From positions 1,610,011 through 1,674,010 of the forward strand of contig MU054117.1 of the NCBI GenBank assembly GCA_013239625.1: 64,000 nt of DNA, in the 5' to 3' direction. The position numbers and the translations under genes were made by a program. The notes under the pieces are model-generated. The model saw only the letters and a program-made list of their open reading frames with translations, did not search any database and was not told the DNA's origin. This document shows, piece after piece, positions 36,821 to 49,206 of this stretch (within the stretch, counting starts at the first letter, position 1; every line of letters starts with the position of its first letter). The DNA comes from Lama guanicoe (taxonomy: Eukaryota).

Positions 36821-37413
36821 CAAATTGTTTATTCATAGTGTTGAGATGTTCATAACTGTTTCCTGCAAGTAATGAATGTGCAGTTTTACTTTCCAAGGAC
36901 CCTTTGGGGCTGTGCTTTTAATCTTGAAATGGCGGCTCATTACTTGTTGGATCACAGACCCACTCGCAGGAAGCTGTGGCCCTGGACACATGGGGCCCCT
37001 GGGCCCCTGGTGTGCCTCCAGATGACAAAGAGGCTGGGGCTCTCCCTGCCTCCCTTGACCTCACCTGCTGTTCCACAGACTGGGTCATATATTCAGCTTT
37101 TAATTTCGATATCCTTGCCACTGTCTTCAGAAAAAAAAAAACTCCTTGTCTGCAGCACCTTAGTTCAGGGAGAAGTGCCACTTAAGAAAGATCCTGGAAT
37201 TAGGAATCCAGTTATAAACTGCACACAAGTCAAATCAGAGCTGCTGAGACCATGAAAAAGGCATTGCTGGAAATGAAACCCCACAGCTCAACAAAAGCAA
37301 GTCTGGTTTATTTGAAGGTCTCAAGTATGTCTACAAAGGTAACAAACCGAAGCAGGAAGCGCACCCCCCAGGTTAGTGCCAAACGCACAGGAATCCCCAA
37401 GGTTTCAGTTCAG

Positions 37414-37419
37414 TTTATT
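37414..37419 (-). terminator. WNK1: Candidate distal WNK1 poly(A) signal
   Basis: AATAAA on minus at the end of an AT-rich 3'UTR block. Confidence 0.6.
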
Positions 37420-39024
37420 TGTTTTTTAAACAGTGTACATTGTTAAATAATGTAAGGAAAACATTTATAATTCAGAAAGTTGTTTTTTAATGTGGAAAAA
37501 GATGCTCAAAGTGTACTATTAACACAAAAAATAATTTAGACAGTTCAGTAGCACTAGTTCATTCCTCTAGGCCTCAGTTATTTCGTCCACAGGAGGGAAA
37601 AAAATCAACAGTAAATAAAACCAGTTCTTACTTTCCACACGTGAGTGAAGATCTCAGAATGATTAAACCAAAATAACAGTCACGTGCTGCACCTGGCTCC
37701 CTCATCCCTCTGGTACCAAGCACTGCCTCCTCCGTCTCAGGTGTCAGGGACCTTTTTCCTTGGCACCTTGTCCTGTCCTGACTCCTTCCATCTCCCTGAG
37801 GATCGGAAGCAGAGCTTGGAATGCCTGCCCTTCTCCCACCTTCCTAAACTCTTAATCTTTCACTTGCATCTTCGGGGCCTTGGTGATCTTAAGAAAATGG
37901 CCAGTGACAGACAGGACAGGACAGGATAGCCAACCAGGGTCCTCCTGCCATGGCGGCTCCTGGGATGAGCCACTGAGGTGGGTAAGAGGCTGGAAACATG
38001 TCAGTTTCCCAGCTCAAGAGTCAAGAGGAGAAGCACCCCAAGGATTAGGAGTCTTGGCTTATTTCCCCATCTTCCGAGAGAATAAAGATCTCAAGCACAG
38101 CCAATTAGGAGAGTATCTCCTGAAAGCTCTGAGAAGAACACAGCTGCCCATTACAAGCAGGCACAGCACTGAGTAACACTGGCTGGTTGCAGTTACTGCT
38201 CAAGGGGAGTATCTGTTTACGTGAAAGTGTGAGAACACCCGTTGTAAGTCTAAAGGTGGCACAAGAGGTTATGATCCTGCAACCACTCGGGCATCATACG
38301 GCAAACGGACAGGAATAAGCACTTTTTCTCACAATGCTTCCTTCAGACGCAGGTCCACTTTCCACAGACTGCAGTACCCAGGCCGAGAAACGCACAGTCC
38401 GTTTGCAACAAGAGGGGAGCAATCCAAATGACTTTTCTTAGAGCAACTTCCTCCACCTGTGACTTCTCACGATCACACATCCCGTCCAGCCCTCATCTGC
38501 CCTTTTCATTCAGCCACTTCAGGTCTGGTCTGCTCGAGCCCAGCTCAAGGAGGGAAGGCTCGTGGCACCCAAAGGCCTTCAGGCAGGTTTGTCCTCCTGT
38601 TCTTTAGTCTTTGTTTCTTTCATCACTTACCACACGCCACCCTTAATCTTTTAAATCGCCCAGTTTTGTTACAATACCCCTCTCCTCACTTATCCTGAAA
38701 CAGAGTTTTCTGCTTTTAACCACTGATGTCAACTTCTCACCTTGCTCATCTTACACCTGCTCTAGACAAAACTGCTTAATGACTTGGAGAAAAAACAAAA
38801 AAACAAAAACAAAAACCTCAGTTTCCTTATGGCAGAGTCCACAGCTGGGGTCGCGCAGACCCGAGACTTCCTTCCACATGCCCTTTGCTGATTGGGGTCA
38901 GATGAGAAGGTGATGCTAACGGCAGAAGCAATAGAAGAAGTCCAAGGCACTAAAACGTCCAGCGAGCAGTACTGGGAGAACACAAGTGTTCAAGTACAGT
39001 AATTTATACAATTTTACATTCACA

Positions 39025-39040
39025 TTTATTTATTTATTTA
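39025..39040 (-). terminator. WNK1: Candidate proximal WNK1 poly(A) signals (overlapping AATAAA)
   Basis: Plus-strand TTTATTTATTTATTTA; WNK1 is known to use alternative polyadenylation. Confidence 0.55.
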
Positions 39041-39756
39041 ATACAATGGAAATACAAAGGAGAAAGTTAAAAGTCTCAATAAGTAAAGGACAGAGCTAGC
39101 CTTTTTCAACTTTTTAAACCTTTCATACTTTACTCTTAAAACTACTGTTGTCCAACAACATTTATATAATATCACAGTGTTTCCACATCAAAACTGATGG
39201 CAAAGTTACATGTCCGCAGGGAACTTAAATTCTTTTCCTAATTGCTAATGCTGCAGTCAAAGCTGCGAATACCATTTGCTTAAAGCACTAATGACCTATC
39301 GTAAGGAAGGGCTGAGGCCTCAGTCCCCTGGTGTCCTCACCGGGCTCTGAAGAGCTGACCGGGGGGCGGGTGGTGGGGGGCGGTAGGAGAGAACCCAATC
39401 CTTTTTGGTTTGGTTTTGTTTTCTTTTGTCTTGTGATTTAGATTCTTGAGGGAATAAAGAATTTGGGGTGGGTACCAAAATTAAGAGCCCCACTGCTTGA
39501 AAACACAGACAGCCTCAGCTCTCCTGCTGAGCTCTCTAGTGGCTTTCTGACAGAGAGGACTGCCTTTCCCAGCGCTCGCTGTTGGGTAAAGATAAACAAC
39601 AAAGCATACACGAGAAAGCTGCTCTTCCCTTCTCATCCCACCGCAGAGAACAGTGACAGCAGAGGGACAGTCCCCACTCAGAGGGCTCTAAGCGGCATGG
39701 ACACATTCCTGTCTGAAATAACCAGTTAAGTGCAGCACTAGTAGTTAGTATATAGG

Positions 39757-40083
39757 CTACTTTCCCACAGTGGTCCGCAGGTTGGAACCTGGGGGGTTGC
39801 TGATGGACTTCTGCAAACTGCTGATGTTGAAATTCTGCAAAGACGCAGTTCCCACAGGCTGGAACTGGCTAAGCGGCTGTGGTGCTGGGCCACCCGTCCC
39901 GCTCCACTGCGTGCCAAAGGGGGGTGCTGGGAAGCCGTACTGCTGCGGGGGGCACATGGACTTGGTGAAGTGAGCCAGAGAGGTAGCTGATGCCGCAGCG
40001 ATGGGGGCAGAGCTGCCCAGGTTTGAGGTCATGGAGACGCACAGCTGACCGGGCGCGGAGAACTTCCTCGCCATGCCAGGGCC
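39757..40083 (-). CDS. WNK1: WNK1 exon 28 (last): GPGMARKFSAPGQLC...ISNPPGSNLRTTVGK*
   Basis: Recognisable WNK1 C-terminus; CCGCAG| acceptor; TAG at 39759-39757. Confidence 0.97.
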   Translation of the reverse strand, partial: GPGMARKFSAPGQLCVSMTSNLGSSAPIAAASATSLAHFTKSMCPPQQYGFPAPPFGTQWSGTGGPAPQPLSQFQPVGTASLQNFNISSLQKSISNPPGSNLRTTVGK

Positions 40084-40448
40084 CTGCGGACAGAACGGTG
40101 CCACGTGAGGTTCGGCGTGGGCGCGACAGGGCGGACCTGGGCAGAATTATAGACCTAGGCTGCGATGATCTTACAAGGACAGTGAAAACCAAGCCTTCCA
40201 CGGTGACTGGCGGCTATGTGCTCACCAAGTACCGGAGCCGTGCATGTGCGCGTGCAGTTCAGGTGTTGAAGGAAAGGGAGGAAAAACGTTGACCGATGGG
40301 AGCGAGGGACTCAGGGAAAGAAAGCTCAAAGGGGATGTGGGTGCGCTGTCTTGTTTTGTGGACAGTGCTAAAGCTGGTGACCTACTGACAGAGGAGGCGG
40401 GCGTGACTCAGGTGTGTGCAGTGATGCTCTGATGTCAGGGAGACTCAC

Positions 40449-40636
40449 CTCGTAGCTCGTGTGCCCTTTGCTCCCTCTCCTGCCTGAGAGACTCATGGCA
40501 TCCCGGGCCCAGTTGTCCACCAGCTTGTGCAGGTCGTCGGTGAAGGTGCCCTTCCTGCCGGACGCCATGGCAGGAGGCTGGGCCGGGGCGGCCTGGCTGT
40601 TCGTGGCTCCCCCGACGGTGTTGGTGCTGCTGGTCC
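40449..40636 (-). CDS. WNK1: WNK1 exon 27: (G)TSSTNTV...KGTFTDDLHKLVDNWARDAM...YE
   Basis: Conserved KGTFTDDLHKLVD motif; GT-AG. Confidence 0.98.
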
Positions 40637-43346
40637 CTGGAGTCAGAAGAAGCCACAGAGGACAACCATTAAAAGGTGCTTGAGTTGTAACTTCAGGGGG
40701 AAGGACGGCCTCACAGGACGATGAATGGCAAGGCGCGGAATGGGGAGGATGAACTGGGAAGCCATGCGACAAAGGGGGGGCTCCGGTCTCGTTTAGCTAA
40801 ATGTTTTGGTGTCACAGGGTAATGGGGACGGTGCGCCTCAGGAGTGACAGGCGAGGCTGAACAACTCAGGATGAGGGACGGCACCAAGGGCAGGGCCCTC
40901 CTTCTGCCCGTTCTCACAGCCTCAGGGAGGGCGGACACTCTCCGCCGGCCTCTGCTCTTGGCATCGCTTTGAGGAGGGCTGTGCGGAGTGGCCAGTGAGG
41001 CTGGCTGCTCTGGAATGTTGCAGAACAGGGCAAAAGAAGAGGATCCCTCGAGCACGGGGCAGGGGTCATGTCGCAGTTAAAGGAAAGCACAGACAGGCTG
41101 GGGGAAAGATGGGCTCCCAAACCATGGGGTACCGTCACGGTCCTCAGCCGCTCCTTCTCAGGAGGGCGATGAGAAAGGATGCTCTGGTCACACACTTTCC
41201 CCCCTGGACCCAGACACGAACTGCAGACATACACTTGGGAGAGCGAAGGCTTCAACCTCTCCCAACTTCCTGTGAGTAAAGAACCAGGAGGACTCACGAG
41301 GAAGTTCTGTGGTGTACCCGAGCCTTTCAACTCCAGGACCACATGGCTTCCTGGAGGTGACACTTCAGTTTCAACTGGTTCAAGGATTCTCACCTTTCCC
41401 CCTCTTCCCGGAAGAGCAAGCACCTCGGGTGGGCGCAGCAGGAATGCCCAGCTGAGGAGGGGGTGCACAGGGGAGGAGGAAGCTCTGGGGCTGTGATGAA
41501 GGAATTCTAGTTCTACGGTTTGACAAGAAAGAAAGGAGTCTGTGTCCTGCCTGATTTCGGCTCTGCTGGCGGGCACACTGAAGGAGGTTCGAAGAGGCGA
41601 GTTGGGGGAGAGGGAAAGAAGAGTCATGGGCTTGTTTCTCCCCTCATCCCCCCTGTCTTACCAGATCTCACATTTGCTGCAGAATAAACGAGAACTACCA
41701 GAGTGAGTCGTGAGCCCCAGGACTTGAGACAGCCACACAACGCTGGGGCGGGTACGGAAATGCAGCCGTCTTCCTGCTCTCCAGGCCAGAGCAGCTCCAG
41801 AGCCCAGCAGCACACCTGAAGCAGCCCTGCCACCCGAGAGCCCTCTGTCGCCCACTGCTGTCTCAAGGCGCCCGGGATGGCACACACCAGCGTATCTGTG
41901 CCAGAGCAGCACCCAGTTCTGGGGTGAAGCTGCGAAGTGAGGAGGTCACATGCTTCCACCACCAAGGCAAGACAGGGACCCACTGCCCCGTGTGCGTCAG
42001 CTCCCATCTCAGCGCCGGAGCCCCAGGGCCGCTACCGCCCCCGGTGGGAGCAGGAAACCCAGGTGAGAAGTGGACAAGCACAGGGAACAGCAGGAGGGAT
42101 GCAGGACGGGTGGGGAGCACAGGCAGGGAGGAGAGCAGTCATGACCACGGGCACATCACATGCATGAGGACCACCCCGTCCGAATGACCACCGCCCGGTG
42201 AGCTGGATGGCGGGTGAGACAATTCAAACGACACACAAATAACCCCCAGTGAGCAGAGCCGTCAAAAGCCAAATACAGAAGCTGGCTGAGGTGAACCCCG
42301 CTGTTCACAACTGTTCACACTGGAGCCACACCTGCTAGACCCATGCTCGTCGCCTTTGATGCTGTGAGGCCCCTTTAAAGCCAAACTTCATTTTTCATTT
42401 TAGTCTGTGTTACACAACACTGGATTCTGAAAGTGGGGTTTATACCACGAGGCAGAGTCAGCCCTACAGGCAACCTGCTTATTCTGGCTGCTGAAAACAG
42501 GGTTTCCCACTAAAGGAGACAAATACATCCCTTTCTGACCAGAAGTGAACTCCCAGGAGAAGCTGACTTGGCTGATGAAACCTAGGAGAAGGGCTAGTGG
42601 GCTTGGTCCAGTGTCAGAGGGTAAGCAGACTGCTCAGAGCTTCCCACCGCGCTGCATGCCTTCCCGAGGGGCCAGCCCTCTAGCCCTCAAGCCCTTTTCA
42701 GTTCTGCTGAAAGGCTCCGAGAGCGATGCAGCTTTACTGGCAGGAAGGCCCTTTCTGACGCCCTCCAGCTGTAGCGCGACCCCCCCACCCCCACCCTCCG
42801 CCCCGCGCCGCTGGGGCCTGGCAGCTACAGCCTCACAGTCACACCCAGTCTCCCAGGCACCGCTTTCTGGCGGCGCCTCTCAGAGGCCTGCTGGGTGGTT
42901 GCACCGTCTGCACTGTCATGGGGAGCCACTCCTCCACAGGCGGCGTCCCCGCCTCAGCAGGCTACGTGAGGGCGGGGCCTCTCGCACGCCTTGACCCCTG
43001 CTGACTTTCCAGCAGCAAACAGTGTTTCTGACTTAAGGACTCTCTCCCTGAGGAGCCAGGCATCCCTGATCCTCTACGTGGATCCGTGGGCATCCCCCAC
43101 CCAAAACCAGCCCAGAGCCAGGTGCACTGGGCCATCACTGAGAGTGCTGACTAGGAGGTGACCTTGAATCTGTAAGGACGGCCAGTGGCAACAACTGAGC
43201 ATGTTAAAAAGACACCAGAAAAGGGAGCAGGACTAGCCAGATGGGGGCTGGGAATCCGGGAGTCGTGAGGCTTCAGGGTTCAAAGAACTCAAGGGCAACA
43301 GGCTTGCAATCAAGGACCGGAAGTAACAGAAAGAAAAGATAATTAC

Positions 43347-43388
43347 TACAGAGCTGGTTGCAAGGACAGACTTTTTTCACCATCTTCC
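43347..43388 (-). CDS. WNK1: WNK1 alternative micro-exon 26b: (R)KMVKKVCPCNQLC(R), 42 nt
   Basis: Polypyrimidine TTCAG| acceptor, |GTAATT donor, phase 1-1; peptide matches recalled WNK1 isoform sequence. Confidence 0.85.
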
Positions 43389-44973
43389 CTGAAGCACAAA
43401 AAGAGAGCAATGTGTTAAAGATAAAGAAGCATCAGTTTAAATATTTAGAATCTCCAAACAGCACACCAAATCCCAGCAAGAGAAAGCAGAAGGGGAGACA
43501 GCCTGGACGGACCCGGGAGCCTGCCACAGACGCCGTGCTGCAGGATGGATCTCACGGGCTGCTGGCCTGAGCGTGGTGCCCTGTGGTACCTGGCTGACAG
43601 AGGCTGAGTTTCCACACCCAGTCTCTGTGCTGAAGAGAGTAATGCCCTGCATCGAGGTTCCGGGCCGGGGAGGAACCCTGCTCTCCCAGGTCTCACTGCT
43701 TGAACTTCAAATACCCAAGCAGCCTCGGCACCGTCCCCGTCCCACTTTCTGTTTCTCCTGCTGGGTTGTTACAAAGCACTCAGTTAAACCACAGGAGCTG
43801 ACAGATAGTACCACCGTTACAGTTTCACTTAAAATTGGCTAATGTATTTCCACATCCTGGGCATACAGACTAACCCCTTCCCCTCTAGAAAGATCTTTAA
43901 AAGTATGTGGAAAATAAGCAACTTTTGAACATAAATAAAGCATTAAGCCAAGCCGTGCTTCCAAACCATTATCTACTTTGAGAGCACAGTGATGCATCCC
44001 AAACTAGTGAAGACCCCGCGCCCGTGAGCTTGTTCTCTTCCCATCTTTGCTTGAAAGACACCTGCCCCTTGCGATTTGTTCACCAAGGATGATGTAACAT
44101 GTCCTGACGGACGTGCCTTCAACAGAAGTAGGGCTCTCAGTTCAGACTTCGTACTTCTAACCACTTTCATGTGACCAACACCTACCTTTGAGAGTGATGA
44201 GAATTTACTGAGTCAACCTGAAGTCGTGGCACCTGCCACGTTCTACTTCCTTCAGAAAAAAGCCCTGGTTCTCTCCCTGTTAGATGTTTCAGACTGCGTT
44301 ACCACAGGCCTGTCATGTCACCTTCTACTTCAAAACACCTGTTTCCTGCTCATGTCTTGTCATCTTTTGAGCTGGACATGTAAATTAAATGCTTACTGAA
44401 GCATCAAGGAGCTAATATTCTTCGTCCAGCCCACTGTAACCAGAAAAGCTATTGCTCTGAGTGCTCAACAATCTACCAAACTGGGTAATGCCTTCCACCT
44501 CCTTCTTTGTGAAACAGCCCTGGCCTAGTGCTCTGTGAGGCCCAAGGACCTCTGAGCCACACTCAGAAACAGCAATGGCCTTGCACATGCACTTAAAAAG
44601 CACTTCAATGACCACATCAGAAGTTTGAGGCCTTAACAGAGAAGAAAGATCTTGATCTAAACTCTTAACAAAGCAGTTTTCTACCTGAACCTTTTGTTGT
44701 AAAAATTTATTTTCACATGTGTGTGCTGACTACCTGCATGTGCCAAGTAGGCCCCGGCCAAGCAGAGGCAGCGTGTCTCCCCAGGGTCCTGCGCCTTGTG
44801 TGCAGGCGGGGTCTCATCTGGTGCGTGCAGGACCACTTGGTTTCCCACGAGGGGAGACGGGCTGGAGACACTGGCTGACCCGCTCTCATGCCTTGTTTTT
44901 GCCAAGAGGGCTGGGAAATCCCAGTGATTTTGTTGAAAAGCCCATTTTTGCGTGCAGATGCTGGGCTTCAGCC

Positions 44974-45337
44974 TTTTTTTTTTCTCAGCACAATTTTTCA
45001 GTTATACATGAACATACATATATTCATTGTCACATTTTTTCTTTCGCTGTGAGCTACCACAAGATCTTGTATATGTATTTCCCTGTGCTGTACAGTATTA
45101 TCTTGTTTATCTATTCTACATTTTGAAATCCCAGTCTGTCCCTTCCCACCCCTCGCCCCCTTGACAACCATAAGTTTGTATTCTATGTCTATGAGTCTGT
45201 TTCTGTTTTGTGTTTATTTTTTTTGTTCTTTTTTTAGATTCCACATATGAGCAATCTCATATGGTATTTTTCTTTCTCTTTCTGGCTTACTTCACTTAGA
45301 ACGACATTCTCCAGGAGCATCCATGTTGCTGCAAATG
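44974..45337 (-). mobile_element. Young truncated L1 3' tail with TSD
   Basis: Poly(T) on plus; TSD TGGGCTTCAG(C/T)CTTT at ~44962 and ~45338. Confidence 0.85.
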
Positions 45338-45923
45338 TGGGCTTCAGTCTTTAATAAGCCTTATAAGAAGAATTACACTGAAGCCCTTTTTGAAATACTG
45401 ATTTTACAGAGTTATAGGTTAGTGGTGGAGAAAGCATCCAAGAAAGAGATTCTAGCATCTTTTCAACTGGTAGACGTTTGCGCCTAATTGTGATAAAAAA
45501 GATTCCAAACTACTCCGAAAAAGAACAGAAAAAGGGGGTAACTTTCACCTGCATCAGTGGTCGAGTGCTTTCTGTGACTTCTAACGCTGAGCAGGACCGT
45601 GAGCCCAGCCTCCTTGTGCTACCAGACCCGGCGGTTTCCACAGCCTGGACAGCACGTCTACCCTCTGTCCTGGGCCCATGAAGAGGCGATTCCACTAGAA
45701 AGTTATTCTGAAGTTTACAGAAACCCATTATCATTTCTACATCTTTTATCATAATTAACAGAGACCCAAACTTCTGAGGGTAACAGCAGAGCAGCCAAGC
45801 CACTGAGAAGATGACAGAGAGAGACAAATGAAAATGGCCGCGTGAAACGTCAGAACAAGCAGCAGAACACAAGGACGAGGAAGGAGTAAAGGTGTTACAC
45901 ACAAAGAGCCAAGCAGGGCGTAC

Positions 45924-45995
45924 TCAGAAATCGGGTCCTCCTGCCACCAGGTTTGAACGTCACCTGCTCAGACGCACAGTTAAACTTCGCATAGC
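45924..45995 (-). CDS. WNK1: WNK1 alternative exon 26a: (G)YAKFNCASEQVTFKPGGRRTRFL, 72 nt
   Basis: CTCACAG| acceptor, |GTACGC donor, phase 1-1; matches recalled WNK1 isoform peptide. Confidence 0.85.
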
Positions 45996-46873
45996 CTGTG
46001 AGAGGGGAAGAACAGGGAAGAACAGAGAGAGGAGACAGAACACGGCTGCGAGACGTCAGAGCCAGGGGCTGCGTGAGACGCTGGGTGGCACACACAGGAA
46101 CGCGCTTCCAGGGAAGGGCCCGACGCGGGCGGGAGGGGCCGGGCCGCAAGCCCCTCCACCGGCCCAGGGGGGACAAGGCCAGATCGTGCCCCTACCGGCA
46201 GGGGCGCTCATCCTGCCAAGAGCCCATCTCCCCCCGTGGGGTCTGTGCACTGTGGCAAAAGCACCAAGTTCATTACCTATGTTTTCTCATACTCGTTTCC
46301 ACCCAGACACCCAACGCCTTTCAATTCTTGTTCTCATGGGACTAGAAGCTCTCTCCTGTACGGGAATGTTCTAAGGGATCATTAATAAGCCCACATTTAG
46401 AAAGCAGATTATGGCTAAAAAGTTGAATTGTAAGGCTATTCATGTTAGTATGTTTCTCTCACACTTAGAAATTTTAAAAGTTTACACTGGCTAACAGACA
46501 CATTAGCTTTCAGAAACGGCTAAAATGCCTTAGAATTTGGTCCAGGAAATTCGGTCCAGGTATTAAAGCATAAGTTCCAAATCCAAAGGAGTCATTCCTT
46601 TGGTTGATGCCTCACGGAGGCGCAGACATCACTTCATGCTGTAATGCCTGGGAAAAAACCTATTTCCACCTGATGGGAGCAGTGATCCCACCTACTGTAA
46701 TCGTTACCCATGCCCCGTCCAACCCAAAGAGCCACGAGGGCACCATGTGGCTGTTCCTGGTCAGCTGGTCCTCCAACCCACCTTAACAGGTTCCTCATCA
46801 GGCTTCGGTCCCAGATGCGGCACTATCTCCATTCTAGTGTTCTTGGCAGATGACGGCTACTTTGATTTCTTAC

Positions 46874-47068
46874 CTTGGCCTGGAGCAGAAAGGCTTGGTA
46901 CTGAAATGGCACCATCGCTGGTGAAGGCTGAATAGAGGTGATCGCTGGAGGGAGAGGGCTTAAGGGGCTGTAACAGCTGATTCTGCCCGGGCTCTGGGAT
47001 GCTGCCAGGAGCGGGGAGGGTCTGCTGGGGGTGCACGCCTGAAGCTGCACTCTGACCGGACAGGTTAC
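46874..47068 (-). CDS. WNK1: WNK1 exon 26: (G)NLSGQSAAS...SAFTSDGAISVPSLSAPGQ
   Basis: GT-AG, phase 1-1. Confidence 0.96.
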
Positions 47069-48367
47069 CTGCCAAAAGATACAGTGGCATGAGGGGACAT
47101 TCACAGCTTTCACCACACTTTCTAGGCTCTGCTCTTGCTCCTCCAATTTGTCCCACCGAGGAGATCAAAGCGCAAGGGCCTCCCTGACACGAAGGAGGAG
47201 TGAGCAAGGGGCTGTGGGACCCCATCCAGAAGAGGTTCAGCATTAGACAACCTGGGGGTTCCGAGGGCTAAGCCAGTAAGGGGACCAGAACATGAGCAGA
47301 CACAAGGAAGTTCCCCTCTGCAACCTCACGACTGCTTTTTCATGCTGGCTTCAGACAGTCTCTGCTGCTTAGTCTTTCTGGTACATGCGTCAGATCAAGC
47401 ACACAAGAGGTATCAAAAAAATGATGTACGGATTACAGAGTAATACATATTTAGAATTATCCTTGGTCCGTGGCTTTCAATCACTAGCCAAGTGTCTTGG
47501 AATCAACTAACTTCTCTGTTCCCTAGTAACTGGTGGAACAGACGTCCCCTCAGAAAGTATGTCAAAACTGGGATCAGAAAATGAATTAGCTGATATCTCT
47601 TATGATCACATCTACTACTGAACTGGTTCTAATTGCTAGAGAAAAGGTTTAGGTCTGAAAATTTTCAGAGACTGGAAAGCTGTTAAGTTTGCAACTGCTC
47701 TGCAACATATTTATATTACAACTGAAGAGCAAGTATGAGATAAAAACTTATTTCAGCCACTTTTACTTTTCGACTAGTTATCTGTTAATATTACCGTAAG
47801 TTCACCAAAGGGTAAAACTCTGTCATAATTAAAAATAGACAAACTATAATTCATTACAAGAGATTATGATTTAACTATTTCTTAACTGTAAACACTAGCA
47901 AGTTCTTTATTCCAATATGGATAAATAAAATGAAAACTTTAATCAAGGGAACTGTCACATAAGACACACTCAAATATCTATATGAAACTTAGTAGCCATC
48001 ACAACTGCCGTTCATCCATAGAAGGAAGAATCGACCTGGGTTTCACTAAACAGAGAACAATGTACTTTCTTCCACCTGCCCAAGAGCTGGGTGAAGTGCG
48101 AGTTCTGTGAGTCAGCAGGCAACGCTAAGCATTTCAACCCTCAAGAACAACTATAAGTGAAGGCACCCAGCACCCAGCAGCATGGGTTACAAGGGATGTA
48201 ACGCCACTGTGCCACCCAGCCTACTTCCAGAGATTCAAAGAGGTTCTGTAAATACGGGGAGTAGACAAGACAAGGAAGTAAGAATATCAGAAAAGCCGAA
48301 CTCCTCTGAAGCAAAAATAACTGATGTTCAACAGGTTATATAACAGCTGGAGACAGCCATGGCTGAC

Positions 48368-48567
48368 CTGGACCAGGGCTCTTACTCCCCAAGGAGCTGC
48401 TGCGACTAGATTTGCTGCCTTTACTTTTGGTGGGCCGCCTTCTTCTCCCCGCCAGGGGGGCAGCGGGGGGGATGATGACGGCAGGGAGAGCCTTGCCCAG
48501 TCTGGTGTACAAAGACTCAATTTCATGCTTCTGGCGGCTCTGCAGGTCTTGAATCTCTTTAAGATGT
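48368..48567 (-). CDS. WNK1: WNK1 exon 25: HLKEIQDLQSRQKHEIESLYTRLGK... (C-terminal coiled coil)
   Basis: Conserved HQ coiled-coil motif; GT-AG. Confidence 0.96.
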
Positions 48568-49206
48568 CTACGAGAGATGACCAAACATAGCTCAAAAATT
48601 TGATAACCACCTTCATTCAAATAAAAATTGACATTATTTAACCTTCCTTCACATATTTACTCACTCACTGAGTCTTTCCCCCAAATACACTTAATCTGAT
48701 TTCTACCACCTTGAGATTCTAGTTTGTTGACTCCCCTTGCTGGCTGGCCTCCATTACCCAGGTCAAATTCCAACTACCAGAAATGGGTGGTGTGTTAGGA
48801 GAAAGAGATTTCCTTACTGAGGATCTACATAGGAATACTGAATTTGAGACTAGAATCCAGCTTGTCACATATGACCAAGGAAACCTGCTATCACAATCTA
48901 TATCCCAGTGCCATTACTCATTACTCAGACTCATGTGGTAGACCAGTAAACAGCAAAGACTGGGTTAGTAACAATAAAAAGTGCTGTTGGTCAAAATAAC
49001 ACGGTGACAGTAGTGCAGATGCTGACGCAGTGCTGGGACCCAGGAGCGCTGTGGGCCCCAACGAACACAGGAGACCCCGGGAGAACTGCACTCAGGTGAC
49101 TAGCCCTTGCATGAGTGCCCTCTTGAAAACAAGACTAACCGAGCACAGGGAGCTCGGTTTTACTACAATTCTGCCACCGTTCTTTCACGGGAGAGAACGT
49201 GCTTAC

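Noticed and set aside
40914..42187. 237-aa and neighbouring ORFs in WNK1 intron 26
   Set aside because: No recognisable protein features or frame-compatible splice sites identified.
45895..45915. CaaX prenylation signal at the read-through end CLALCV
   Set aside because: The last four residues are ALCV; Cys is not at position -4.
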